Under the pieces are notes generated by a model that was not told the origin of the DNA, did no database searches, and saw nothing but the letters and a program-made list of their open reading frames with translations. A stretch of 64,000 bases of DNA from the human T2T-CHM13v2.0 reference genome, Homo sapiens: the NCBI RefSeq assembly GCF_009914755.1, contig NC_060942.1; one strand, given 5' to 3'. A program made the position numbers and the translations under genes. Shown here piece by piece: positions 39,897-54,290 of the stretch; position 1 is the stretch's first letter, and the number at the start of each line of letters is the position of its first letter.

Positions 39897-40362
39897 TGTA
39901 GCAGGACGAGTAGCAGACAAAACTCCTCAGACACCAAGTTAAAGAAGGAAGGGCTTTATTCGGCCGGGAGCATTGGCAAGACTCCTATCTCAAGAGCCAA
40001 GCTCCCCAAGTAAGCAATTCCTGTCCCTTTTAAGGGCTCACAACTCTAAGGGGGTCCGCATGAGAGGGTCGTGATCGATTGAGCAAGCAGGGGGTAAGTG
40101 ACTGGGGGCTGCATGCACCGGTAATTAGAACGGAACACAACAGGACAGAGATTTTCACAGTGCTTTTCTACACAATCTCTGTAATCTATAGATAACATAA
40201 CCGATTAGGTCAGGGGTCTATCTTTAACTACCAGGGCTGGGCTGTGTGTGGTGCTGGGCTGTCTGCTTGTGAATTTCATTTCTGCCGTTTAGTTTTTACT
40301 TCTTCTTTCTTTGGAGGCAGAAATTGGGCATAAGACAATATGAGGGGTGGTCTCCTCCCTTA
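39897..40362 (-). mobile_element. 5' LTR of the provirus (LTR2 family)
   Basis: Minus strand starts TAAGGGAGGAGACCACCCCTCATATTGTCTTATGCCC, ends ...TCCTGCTACA, contains AATAAA. Confidence 0.92.
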
Positions 40363-40415
40363 CTATCAAAGCAGGAGTCAGCAGAGGGGGCAGAAGCACT
40401 AAGTTGCTGCAACAA

Positions 40416-40519
40416 CACCTGAGAGTGCAGACAGGAGGGGCCCAGTCCCCACCCCCACCTGAGAGTGCAGACAGGAGGGGCCCACCCCCAACCCCCGCCT
40501 GAGAGTGCAGAGAGGAGAG
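40416..40519. repeat. 40-bp tandem repeat, ~2.6 copies
   Basis: gagagtgcag core at 40421, 40461 and 40501. Confidence 0.85.
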
Positions 40520-42473
40520 ACTCACTTCCTCTACCCCCACCTGACTCCCAGTGTCGAGTGCCCTGGGGAGAGCTGCGCCCACGGACATCCTGCAGGGTAG
40601 GCCAGCACCAAAACCCAGTCTCTTGTTGCATTTTACTCTAAGCAGTCAGGAGAAACCAAGCCGATTCTCAAGAGATGATAACCAATAGAACCCAAGTGTT
40701 TGGGATTTGGTGTGGAAGAGGCAGAAAATAGCAGATCCCGAGGGAAAGATAATGTTTGAGAAGCAAAGCAAGAAAAGATGATGACAAACACAACACTCAA
40801 AGGCCCTAGACATAATCACTTTTTTTTACTGTCATGAACATTTAAACATAACACATTTTCTTTTTTTCTAATTTCATCTCCCTCTTCCTCCCCTGGTCTC
40901 CAAAGCTGCAGGCCTGAGTGGACTGCTCCCGGGAAGCCACTTTCATGGCGTCCCCTCTCCAGGGTGCCCATCTACCTGGAGCGTCATCATCGTCACTGCT
41001 GGAGTCATGTCTCCTGTTGCCAATCCAAGCTCTGGAGACACAAGTACCACAAGAAAGGTGTTACCCAGAGGCACTCGCCCATCCTCCCTGCTGCACCGGA
41101 GGCCACACCAGCTGCCACAGCAACTCCCTGCTCCGTCCTCTGCTTTCTCAGAACTAACCTGGGCTCTCTGGAATCAGAGACCTTCAACAAGTCACTGCTC
41201 ACATTTGCAAACGTTCACATCAAGAGAGGACCCCCTTTCCATGTGCCACTCCCCTCTCTTCCGGATCATTGCAGCTCTCCCCACCAGCCTTATCAATGTG
41301 GGGCTCCAACCCTACAGGTCGGTGATTCACAAACACACTGTCCCAGGTTGGAGCCACTGCCATGAGCCTGTTCTGCACAGACGAGAATATTCCCTCTGCC
41401 TTGTGAGCGCAGGGCTATCGGGCACTGGAAATATGCCTGGTGTGATGAGGTACTGGAGATTACATTTGAAAATTAATTTAAAATACAGATGCACCTGGTT
41501 AATGACTGTGGCACCAGGGAGCCCAGAACTGAGATTCAGAGATGAGGGAGATGTCACCTCCCTGCCCCTGGGTTTTCCTTCCAGCGTAGCCATCAATGGC
41601 CTAGTGTTATCTTTCATCCAGTACGTACTTCCTGGGCACAGGCCTAAGTATCCAGTGCTCTGTGAGGCCCTAGGGGTGCTAAACACTGAGTCACATCCAG
41701 GTCCTAGAGGGGTTCACAGCTGGGGGCGATGTGTAAACAGAGTGAAGGGCATGGCCAGCAAATCCTGTGCTGGAAAATCAGGGCAGCTGGAGTGAGGGGA
41801 GGGGACACCCCACTGTCCCCAGGAGCCCACACACCCAGCCAAGTTTGGCTTTTAATTCACCTTTCTTGTGATGTCTTTTGCTGAATTTGCTGTCATGATT
41901 GTCCCGATTAAAAGAGAGCATTGTGTGTTCCCTCTATATCCAGAAGTGTGCATGCAAGATTGGAGTTACTTCTATTTAAAATATGTGATGGACTCAGAGG
42001 GGACAGTAAGGATGGAAGTTTGCGTATGGAAAAATAGTTTGTATTACTTTGTTTTTATTTGATGGTTGCTTTACTTGTGGTGCAGTGCACAGTATATTAC
42101 CTGTACAGATTGTTGCCTTCTGACAAACACTGTGTTACCACCGCCCAGATATGAACACCCTGGCAGCCGCTCTTTGGCTAATTCCTAGGCAGTAACTTCC
42201 AAGAGACACTCACTATTCTGGTCATGATCAACATATTTTAAATTTATTTTTAAACACTGTATAAATGGAAACCTACAGTATGCACTCTTTTGTGTCTGAA
42301 TGAAAATTATACATGAATATCATGTGAATTTCACCTATGTTCCATTGTGATGACACATTCAGCATTTTGTACTGCTCGGTCCTGTCCATATATAACATCT
42401 ACATTGTAGGAAGTTGGCACAATGAGTTTTCACCCTCTATGTTTTACATTCACTCTGTTTATCATGATGGTTA

Positions 42474-42933
42474 TAAGGGAGGAGACCACCCCTCATATTG
42501 TCTTATGCCCAATTTCTCCCTCCAAAGAAAGAAGTAAAAACTAAAAGGCAGAAATGAAATCCACAAGCAGACAGCCCAGCACCACACCCTGGGCCTGGTA
42601 GTTAAAGGTTGACCCCTGACCTAATCGGTTATGTTATCTATAGATTACAGAGATTGTATAGAAAAGCACTGTGAAAATCCCTGTCCTGTTCTGTTCCATT
42701 CTAATTACCGGTGCATGCAGCCCCCAGTCACGTACCCCCTGCTTGCTCAATCGATCATGACCTTCTTACGCAGACACTTTTAGAGTTGTGAGCCCTTAAA
42801 AGGGACAGGAATTGCTCACTCGGGGAGCTCAGTTGTTGGAGACGTGAGTCTTGCCGAAGCTCCCAGCTGAATAAAGCCGTTCCTGCTTTAATTCGGTGTC
42901 TGAGGGGTTTTGTCTGCGGCTTGTCCTGCTACA
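42474..42933 (+). mobile_element. Solo LTR2
   Basis: taagggaggagaccacccctc...ttgtcctgctaca flanked by a 4-bp TSD gtta (42470-42473, 42934-42937). Confidence 0.92.
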
Positions 42934-43682
42934 GTTACATGAAGTGACGCTGCTATAAAGCCCCCCAGGGGGACACCAGCATCCTTGCCTCATACATGTA
43001 TTTTGGACATAGGTAGCAGGAGTGGGACTGTAGGGTCACAGGTACCGATTACTCTAGTACACCCTAGAAAGTCATTTATCAAAGTGGATGAAATTAAGTA
43101 TGTTCCCAGAGTCACATGTGATAGCTCCAGTTCCTCCACAACCTCACCAACCCTCTGCATTTTTCTCTCTGATAACGTGTCTATTTTGGTGGGTGTAGAA
43201 GTGAGAAACTCTGGTTTGAATATGCATTCTTCTGATCATGTGTGATTGAGTGCACTTTCATATGCTTTACTATGCCAAACTTGCTGAGGTTTCTGTGAAT
43301 TTGACAGACAAAAGTGAGTACATGGTGTGTTATTCTGTCTGAGAAACCACATAACCTTGTGAGTTCCCGCACGACTATTATTTAAGGTGTTTTGTTCAAA
43401 GAAGGATTTAATAGGTAAAATTGCACAGGGTATCAAACAATGGAAAGATATTTGCAAGGACTACCGAGAATTCTGAAAAAAAATAGAAAAGACAAATAAA
43501 ATGGAAACCTAATTAAAAATGGACAAATATTACAACAAAGCAATTACAGAAGGCAAATGTGGATGAATAAAAGTCATATGAACATAGGTTCAGATCCACC
43601 TGAGGCAAAAGCAGTGGCTGTGGAGAAGCCCAGCACGTCTCTGTGGGAGGCTCCCTCCACGAAGGGCAAAGGGAAAGCAAAC

Positions 43683-43792
43683 GGGCTTGGGGCGGAGCGC
43701 GATGGGGCTTGGGGCGGAGCGCGATGGGGCTTGGGGCGGAGCGCGATGGGGCTTGGGGCGGAGCGCGATGGGGCTTGGGGCGGAGCGCGATG
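43683..43792. repeat. 22-bp CpG-rich VNTR, 5 perfect copies, each with a GC box
   Basis: (gggcttggggcggagcgcgatg)x5; each unit contains GGGGCGGAG and CGCG. Confidence 0.95.
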
Positions 43793-44547
43793 GGAGTGGC
43801 GGGAGCAGCCAGAGCCCCTTGGGCTGGAAGCAGGGAGAGGGATGGAGGTCCGCCCGCCAGCACGGCCCGGGCAAGCGAAACCCGTGGGTTCTCGTGGACA
43901 CTCCAGAACTGCACACTTATTTCTCAGTCAGGCATGAAACCAGTGAGTGCTGAGCAGACAACTAATGTTGCAATTTAAAAGAATCAAAATAAATTGCTAG
44001 TTAGGTTATGGGGAGTCAAACTCTCACAACTGGGAGTATTTAGGAGGTCAACCATCCTGAGGGATTTCCTCAGCACACAGGAACATTAAGTGTGCACCCT
44101 CCAAGCACCAAGCCCTCTGTCGTTCAGAGGCAGGAAAGATGCAGGAGGCGTCCTCACTGTAGGAGGGAGCTGGTATCAGTAGCAACCTGGCTGCTCGGCA
44201 CAAGGGCGTTTATAAGGAAAGTGTGGTTGACGCAATGCTGACCAGTTGGAAGTCACGGAAGAGGCTCACAGGCACACATGGATAAAATTAAATGTATGAG
44301 TTTAAATCTCAGAAAAAATAAAAAACCGATGAGGCCTAAAGGGGGAAAATAATTTAATGCAAAAATGCAAACACACTCTATGAATTCTTTAAGTATCTGT
44401 AGAGATTATTTGGAAGAGTGGTCCACATTATTTACACTTGGGTTGGTGACTCAGGGATGGACGGAAACATGATCTGAAATAGTTATAAAGGAAAAAAATA
44501 GATAAAAGAGAGGCTGATGAGAGTGTGGTGTGAGTAAACTCTGTGCC

Positions 44548-45322
44548 TAACACAAAGGTTTTAATATACTTAATATATAATAAGTCTCTAAAAACAGGGA
44601 AGAAAAGAGTACCAACAAGCCCATGTAAGCATGTCAGAGACATAAACAGTTCAAAGAGAAACAAAGGAACAAATGGCTTTTAATCTCATTCAAAATGTGA
44701 AAAAGTTCACATTAAAACTGTACTGAGAAACCACTTCAAGACAAAATTTCAGAAGTTTCACATGTAACTACGTTAGCGTGGTTGTGCCCACATTGTTGTG
44801 AAGAAAGCTGACTCAGCACCTGTGGAGAGGAGTTTGGCAACATCTAGCAAAGCTGCATAAGCACTAACACTTTGACCCATCGTCCAACATCTCAAAATCT
44901 ATCCCAAAGTAGACTTGCAAAATATGAAGACTCATGCACAGGAGCGTTGGCTGCAATATGAGAAAATGTAGAGCATAGTTTTAAACTCAAATCTCTGTAA
45001 GAATCACAATGAAATTAGATAACACTTACTAATAAATAATAAAAATTGCGCAAATTGAAAATTGGGAGATGCAGCAAACAGCATTATGTGAAAGCAATCT
45101 GTGAGATTAGTTATTGAAATTAGGAACTTGACACTTTTGGAGGCCAAGGTGGGAGGATCACTTGAGGTCAGTAGTTTGAGACCAGCCTGCCCCACATAGT
45201 GAAACCCTGTCTCTGTGTCTTTACTAAAAGTACAAAAATTAGCCAGATGTGGTGGTGCACACCTGTAGTCCCAGCTACTGGGGATGATGAGGCAGGAGAA
45301 TCTCTTGAACCCGGGAGGCAGA
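44548..45322 (+). repeat. Copy 1 of a ~780-bp local direct duplication (old L1 fragment plus truncated Alu)
   Basis: Near-identical to 49267-50043 (offset about 4720); Alu stops at gaacccgggaggcagag. Confidence 0.92.
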
Positions 45323-46044
45323 GTTCCCAGGAAACACCGACAGAGAGGAAATAGCACACATGCCCTGCTGGTACAGCTGGAAAGCAGGTGGCTGCAGCTC
45401 CTTTCGGGAAGAGAGACCTCCCTCCACTGACAGCACCCTTGTTTACAGTTCCCAGATGCCCTGGCCCCTCTCTCACACCATGAACAGCTTTAGAAAACTG
45501 CGGGCCTCACACTGAGATGCCCAGGTGTGTCAGGGAGGCAGGAAGGCTTTGGGGTCTGAGGGCAATGGGGGACAGTGGGGACACTCCTGAGATGGCCCCT
45601 CCCAGCTGGGAAACCCCTCAGGGCCTCCAGGGGAGTTCAGCCATCAGGGTGCCCACTGGATAGGTTTGGCTTGCAACGCTGACAGCAAGGACCCCCCTCC
45701 ACCCACTGGGTCAGCTGTGAGAACCCAGGAGAGGGAGGCCCAGGGACAGACAGGTAACAGCTCTTATTTGCATGCAGTGGCTGTGCCCCCATGAAGGTTT
45801 TAGGATCTGTAAGGCGGCTTTGAAGGAGCCCAAGCTCCAAAGCAGTGTCAGGAAGTGGGAGTTGTGTCTGCACCACTCCCTGGGCTCCTGTCCTCATCCT
45901 GCTCACCCCCTGCATAGGGGAGGGGGAACCTCACCCCACTCTGCTTCACACACCTCTCTCCTCAGGGGGGCTGTGATTCTGACCTACAGTCCTTCGTCTC
46001 TGTTTAGGGTAGCTGTGGCCCAGGCAGGGCCGGCTCAGCCATAA

Positions 46045-46046
<2 letters not shown>

Positions 46047-46089
<43 letters not shown>

Positions 46090-46110
46090 CGCGCGCACAC
46101 ACACACACAC
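46047..46110. repeat. (CA)n microsatellite with an internal (GC)n interruption
   Basis: acacac...atgcgcgcgcacacac. Confidence 0.9.
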
Positions 46111-47589
46111 TGAATAGGCAACTCACTGAAATAGAACTAGTTGATTAATTAAAGCACCTATGGGATTTTTCACAAACCAAATTAGTATTTTTATTAAAAA
46201 ACTTTTAGTGCTATTGAGCCTACATAGGAAGAGGCCTACTTATGTAATTGGTAAGAGTGTGATCTGATTAACTCTGTGAAAAATAATGTCAGTATTTTTT
46301 AAATTATAATTAAATTTATCGTAGCTCAATTATACCATTTTGAGATTCGTATACTACATAAAAACAAAAAAACAAAAACATTGGGGGGATCTATGTATAT
46401 TGATGATTACTGGAAAGTCATTAGTGGTGGGAATTTTAAAAAATAAGCTTAATATCCATCTAACAGAGAATAAAGAAATCAGAACGTATCTATGAATTAC
46501 TACACAACTGAAAAGAATACATTTAATCTACATTAATTGGAACTAGTAATGTCTACCACGTGTTATAAAGGGAACAAGTAAATCACTATATAATGTAGGA
46601 TTTGAGCATGTTCTTTAAAACAAAACAAATCAATAAAGCCCTAGAAGGACCAACTATTGAAAGCCTGTCACAAAATCCAGAAATGGTAAGGAAAATATTG
46701 AAAATTTGACTATGTAAAAAGAAAACCTTCTTCAAAACAAAAACAATATAAACAAAGTAAAAGTTATGACACAGACCTTAAAAAAAACTCAGTAATTATA
46801 TGGAAATAATAAATGTGCAGAACATATAAAGAATATCACTAAATGAATTAGAAAACTAGGAAAACGTATCATTATGAAAATCACAGGGAGAAATACAAAC
46901 GGCCAACACACATACACAAATATGCACAATCTCCCTAATAAGTGGAGAAATCCAAATTAAAAGTAAAAATATTTTAAAATCATAAAATTGGCAAACATTG
47001 ATAATTTCCTATGTAATTAAGGGTGTGGGGAAATAGGAATTCTCATACACTGATGGTAGAAGTATAAACCATTGATTTCTTTTTGGAACACAGATTTTTA
47101 ATTTTATGAAAATATTAAACATTAACATTTGCTGCAGTATTTTATTTTTAGAAATCAATCATAAAAGGAAAAAACCACTTAACTAATGCAACAAAAAGGT
47201 GGATATACAGGGATGCCCAGTACAGCATTGGTAACAATAACAAATAACTGAAACTGACATAAAAATTCCTCAGTGAAAAAGTGACCAAATTGTGGTAAAA
47301 TACCCTATGGAATAATGATGTAATTATAAATAATAATGAGAGAGACCTATAGGTACTGATAAGCAATAATCACCAAATTAAATCTTATATGGAAAAGCCA
47401 GTCAGTGAACAATATGCAAAGCAAGATCGTGTCACGGAAACATATGTGCATGTTTAACTGTGTGTAGGTGAATGCAGATGAGGGGGTGGGCTGGGAGGTG
47501 GTGGGGATACATTTATTCTATAGACCGAAGCACTATGTGAATTTCTATAACAATAACACGTGTTTCTTATGTAATTAAAAACAATTTAC

Positions 47590-47895
<306 letters not shown>

Positions 47896-49266
47896 ATTTA
47901 ATTTATTGAATTGTAAAAAGGTGTGTTTAACCCTATATAAATGTATGACTATATGGAGATAATTATTATTCATCTGAATAAAATAAAACAGCAATATAAA
48001 AACACAAATAGGTAACAGTACAATATTACTATAATATCCAATCCAATATTAAAATTATATACATACACATAGAGGCAGGTAGGGCTGCCAACAAATGGTC
48101 TTCATGTCTAAAATTGTGGTAATTGTTGCAGAGACTTCTGTGACTATATTGGAAACCTTGGAATTGTACACTGTGTGGGGGTGAAATTTATGGCATTTTA
48201 ATTATATCTCGAAAGTTCTGTTAAAAAAATGAGTGGCTTAATATTCTGTTAAGTAAGGAATGGTTTTATTTAAAACATAAATTAATAATTTCCAGTGGAT
48301 TCCCTTAAAAAGATTACAGCAGGGATTTCCAGATCGAACCCACCCCCACCTCTAGAGTTTTTGGCTGTTTTCTAAAGTCTTGAATTCAATGAGGTGAAGG
48401 AGGAAGAAAGTGTTTAGGAAGTCAGTGGGTTCCAGAAGAGCTGGTGCTGGGTGGGGCAGAGTGGTGAGAGATGCTCCTTTCAAATGGAAGGCTCTGGAAC
48501 CCGCCAAAAGGGAGTGCAAGCTGGGGCAATCTTCCTGGACAGCCACCAGAGAAAGGCGTCAGACCCCACCCTCCCGCTGACATCCACAGACAGGGACATC
48601 TCACTGGCTTTTAAAATCATCAACTCTTTTTATATTGACACAAAGAAATAATGAAAAGGGGAATTCTGGTTTACAGTCATTTCATTAAATTATCCAAAAC
48701 AACTTTTGAAACAAAAGTTATAAAAGTGAAACTCAAAATTATTCTCTGCTTAATAAATACTCTCAGTGGCTCAGATATAGTTCAGGCAAACTAGCCATGG
48801 ATGCAGCCAAAGCCAGGGGGTGGAGGGGGTCCCGGCGTGCTCCAGGAGGCCTCTCCGGTGAGTCCGGCAGCTGTTCCCTCGGCGCTGCAGCCCTCTCTTT
48901 GCTCAGCTGGGGGCCTCTATTTTGTAAACCTCAGAATAAGTCATAAGCCCCGTGAAGACATCCAAGATATTCCTTAGGGTTATCTGAAATAAAGAAAGAG
49001 CAATTCTTCTAAAACATGAGACAGAGAATTCCGATTTCAGCTGACACTGGCTGTTCCCTGTCACAGCAGCACACGTTACTGAAGAAAGTGAACACCCCCT
49101 TGAAAGCGGTGAAGAAACCCTGAGAATATCATTAAATTATAATTAAATTTTATTATATGAAAATAGAAAAATTTTGTATCACCTAAAGTTCAATAAAGTG
49201 CAAAAGATACATGGTAAACAGGAAAAACAAAACAAAACAAAACAAAAAAACAAAACAGGCCTGGCA

Positions 49267-50296
<1,030 letters not shown>

Positions 50297-51091
50297 TTAT
50301 CAAGAAAAAAAAGAAATCACAAAAATTCATATCAGAACTTAATAAAAAGACATAACTATAGAGGTAGCAGAGATTACAAAATGGACAATCAGTGGATATT
50401 ATGAGGAAATTTATGCTGAGACATTTAAAATGTGTGCAAGATAGATAAAATCCTAGAAGGCATAATTTTCTAAAATGAATTCATGAAGAAAAATCCTAAA
50501 TACTTCAATAGCCATTATATAAATTTAATTAGTAGTTAAGAAGTATCTTTCCTCATCTCCATCTTTCTCTCCCTTTCTTTACCCCAGCTCCACCTCCTGC
50601 CCCCCACACACCCCTAATAGTATTAGTGGCTAAATACCAAAATTACAATGGAGTTGGCATTCAAATCTGATTGAAATATTTCCATGAAATTGATGAAAGG
50701 GGCTAGTTACAATTAATTTGATGAAAACACTGTAATTTTAATACCAAACCAAAAAATTAAGTATAAAAAGAAAAACTGTGCACCAATCTTATTCAGGAGC
50801 ACTGACATCAACTCTCCAAAGCAGTGGGAGGCAATGACCATGCCTCAAATGTGAAGAATCAATACAAACAGTACAGTTAGTGTACAGCTCAAAACAGCAT
50901 ATCCTGAAACGCTCAACCTTATACCTAATATTTAAAAATATTTGGAACACACAGAGCCATGGGAATGGCTTTTGGAGAAATGTTCATGAAGGAAGAAAGA
51001 TTACAGCTAAGTTTAAAAATACTGTTACAGTTTTGTTTGCTTGTTTTGTCTTGAAGAGGAGGTAAAAGTTGGAGTAAAAACAGGGAGTTTG

Positions 51092-51717
<626 letters not shown>

Positions 51718-52209
51718 TCAAGTTCCGTTTTGCCATGCATGGAATAGCTTTTCATTAGCTGAATTTAGTGACATATAAAATCATTAAACTAAGGCAGACA
51801 CCCAGAGTTCCCACATGAAAACCAAGTGTAAACCGGCTGTGACCAACTTCAACACCATCATTGGAGATCAGAAGCTGAGCCCTTTTCTGATGTTTAAAAC
51901 CTGCATAATATTCAGTGTATTATTATTTGTGTATCTATTTCCTTTGTGATGGAAATTTGGTTTGTCCCAATTTTCTATTTTATTAAAACATTGCTACATA
52001 GAAAGTCCCCTTGCATATATTTCTCCTAATGGTAGAAATATTTTACATAAAAGACTCTAGAAATGGGATGAGATCCATGGGTTAGGAGAATTTTAAAACA
52101 GATAGGTCCTCCCAAATTGCCCTCTTACAAATCATACAAATTCATATGCTTCTAGCAGTTACAGAGAGTGGGTGTTACCCCCCATCCTCACCAACACTGA
52201 ATGTTACAC

Positions 52210-52452
52210 ACGAGAGCTGAGTATCCCTTATCTGAAATGATTGGGACCAGAAGTGATTCCGATTTGGGTTTTTGCAGATTTCAGAATGTTTACATTATAT
52301 ATGCTTACTGATTGAGAATTCCAAATCCAAAAATTTGAAATCTGAAATGCTCCAGCGAGCACTTCCTTTGGGCATCATTTAGAAGCTGAAAATGTTTTGG
52401 GTTTTGGAGCATTTTGGATTTCAGATTTTTGGATTTGGGATGCTAACCTGTA
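52210..52452. mobile_element. Tigger4/MER46-like DNA transposon
   Basis: tgagtatcccttatctgaaatg...ttttggagcattttggatttcagatttttggatttgggatgctaacctgta. Confidence 0.7.
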
Positions 52453-52960
52453 TTAAACATCTGTGACAACCTGAAAGACAAAAGCACACCTCAGTGTTTT
52501 ATTTTGCTTCTTTCTGCTCACAGTTTCCATGAACTTTTTTTTATCTCTGTGCTGGTGCATGCTGTGTGTGAAATGCTACTCACCCACAAACAGGTCCAGC
52601 CCAGATGACAGCTCTGCTGGGAAGTCTTTCCCATTCTCATGGGGAACACTGTTTACTTCCTGATATCCAAAAAGAACGGTGCAAATATTCCTCTCAATTG
52701 CATTGTGAGGTTTTCCTTTAAAAAAATTTTATGTGGAGCCCATTTTCTAATCCTTTATTCCTTATGTCACTGGTTCCTTGTACAGATTAGGTGCAAATAT
52801 TATTTGATTGGATGACTGAATGATACCACAAGTTCCTTCTAGCTCTGGGAATCTGTGTTGCCATGATTCTACTGGCCTGGGACCTGTACATGAGTAGCAG
52901 TTTTAAAAAGCAAAGCTCCTATCTTTAAATAAAACCATAAATTCCTTACTCATTACTCAC

Positions 52961-53145
52961 ACCTGTATCAGGAACAGGTTTGGATACAGGGGAAATTCCA
53001 AGGATGACGGGTATGGATCCGAAAAGACAGTGATGTCCAAGTACAGGCGGTGCACTCCACAGGTCATCTCGGACAGTCACTGGAAGCCAGGCAAAGTCTG
53101 TGGTCTCATGGCCACAAGCCCAGTGATTTGACCTCAGAGGGTATC
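52961..53145 (-). pseudogene. SLC5A4-like pseudo-exon 13 (block B)
   Basis: tgcag|GAT...GGT|gtgagt; across frameshifts TL*GQITGLVA..TTDFA..CLASSDCP/EMTCGVHRLYLDITVF/GSIPVILGISPVSKPVPD resembles AFWGL..GL..TEFA..CLAPSNCP.IICGVHYLYF...ISLLTKPIPD. Confidence 0.85.
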
Positions 53146-54132
53146 CTGCATTAGAAGCAAGAATGAATCAGAGATTTGAGGAAATAGGAGAGGTCATAAT
53201 TGTCACCATGCCTGCTTTCTCAACCTAAGGACTGACAAGCATCTAGCCTTGAGCCAAAAAGGCTGCAAATACATGTGTATTTAGTAGTGGGCTGTTGCAC
53301 TCCAGAGCTGGAACACGGCTTTGTACTTTGATTCTCCAGCCTCCAGGAGACTCATAAATCCTGCACTCCATGATCCAAAATGGTGGGTTTCCTTGAAAAA
53401 TGTAATTAATATAATTAATTATACATAGATTCAAAAATATTCACTTTGTAGAATAAACAGAACTGACTTTTGTTATACAGTTTAGAAAGTTGATATTAGG
53501 TGGTTTTGACAGTTCCATTAAAATTTTTGATAATTAAGAGCTTTTATTTACTTTCAAAATTTGGTGGTAATCCCCAGTCTTCCTGTGCAAGGAATTACAT
53601 TTAAGAAAAACAGTATTGCATAAAGGCAAGCAGATGATTTTGAGAGATGAAGATAAAGACAAAGAGATATTAATGTCTCTGAACCTGACCAACACCTGAA
53701 AATAATAATAATAATGATAAGGGTACATCTAGTGCTCCAGGGCTTCATTAAAAAAAAAAAAACTTAATTGTCTCAGGAATCTCAAAAATAAGGTAGAATT
53801 ATAATACTTTTACATAGATTCAAGGGATTTGCTCAAGATCACAATTCTATTCAGTATCAGAGTAAGGACTGGATCCAAGCATCCTGACTCCCAAATCTGT
53901 GCTGCTGAGCACTGTGCTATGTATAAATATCACAGATCATAAGAAATAGAAACACCTGACTACAGGAACGCCCTCTGTATTTACACACTTTGGTGAGCAT
54001 TAAGAAATGGGGCTACTGCAATGAAATTGAGACGAGCTTGGGAGGTCAAAAGGAAGCATTCTGCTACTCCAGTGAAATGAACATTGTGGTTTGCTCATTC
54101 TAACATGGAAAAAAAATTTCTAATGTATCTAC

Positions 54133-54290
54133 CCTTTAATTAACTCTTCCAAAAGAAGAAGCTGGAAGACAGATGCAATTAAAGGCTCAAATGGAATTAT
54201 TTCTACCTAACGGAAGAGTTGCCCATTTTGTGAAACTGTGCTAGAAGGACCCAAACAATGCTGATGACAATTATCAGGATGATAAGCAAC
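54133..54290 (-). pseudogene. SLC5A4-like pseudo-exon 12 (block B)
   Basis: tttccag|G...|gtagat; LLIILIIVISIVWVLL..VSQNGQLF.*VE..EPLIASVF..RVN resembles SLC5A4 SIVWVPLVQVSQNGQL..YTES..GPPIAAVF..KRVNEQ. Confidence 0.8.

Noticed and set aside
41007-41795. 262-aa ORF, the longest non-L1 ORF
   Set aside because: No recognisable domain and no other support as a CDS
43683-43792. CRISPR-like array, or repeat-protein ORFs
   Set aside because: The repeats are contiguous without spacers in human DNA; the ORFs are artefacts of a stop-free VNTR
53550-53696. Minus-strand segment with ttttcag acceptor and gtaaat donor between SLC5A exons 12 and 13
   Set aside because: No SLC5A similarity in any frame; probably intronic
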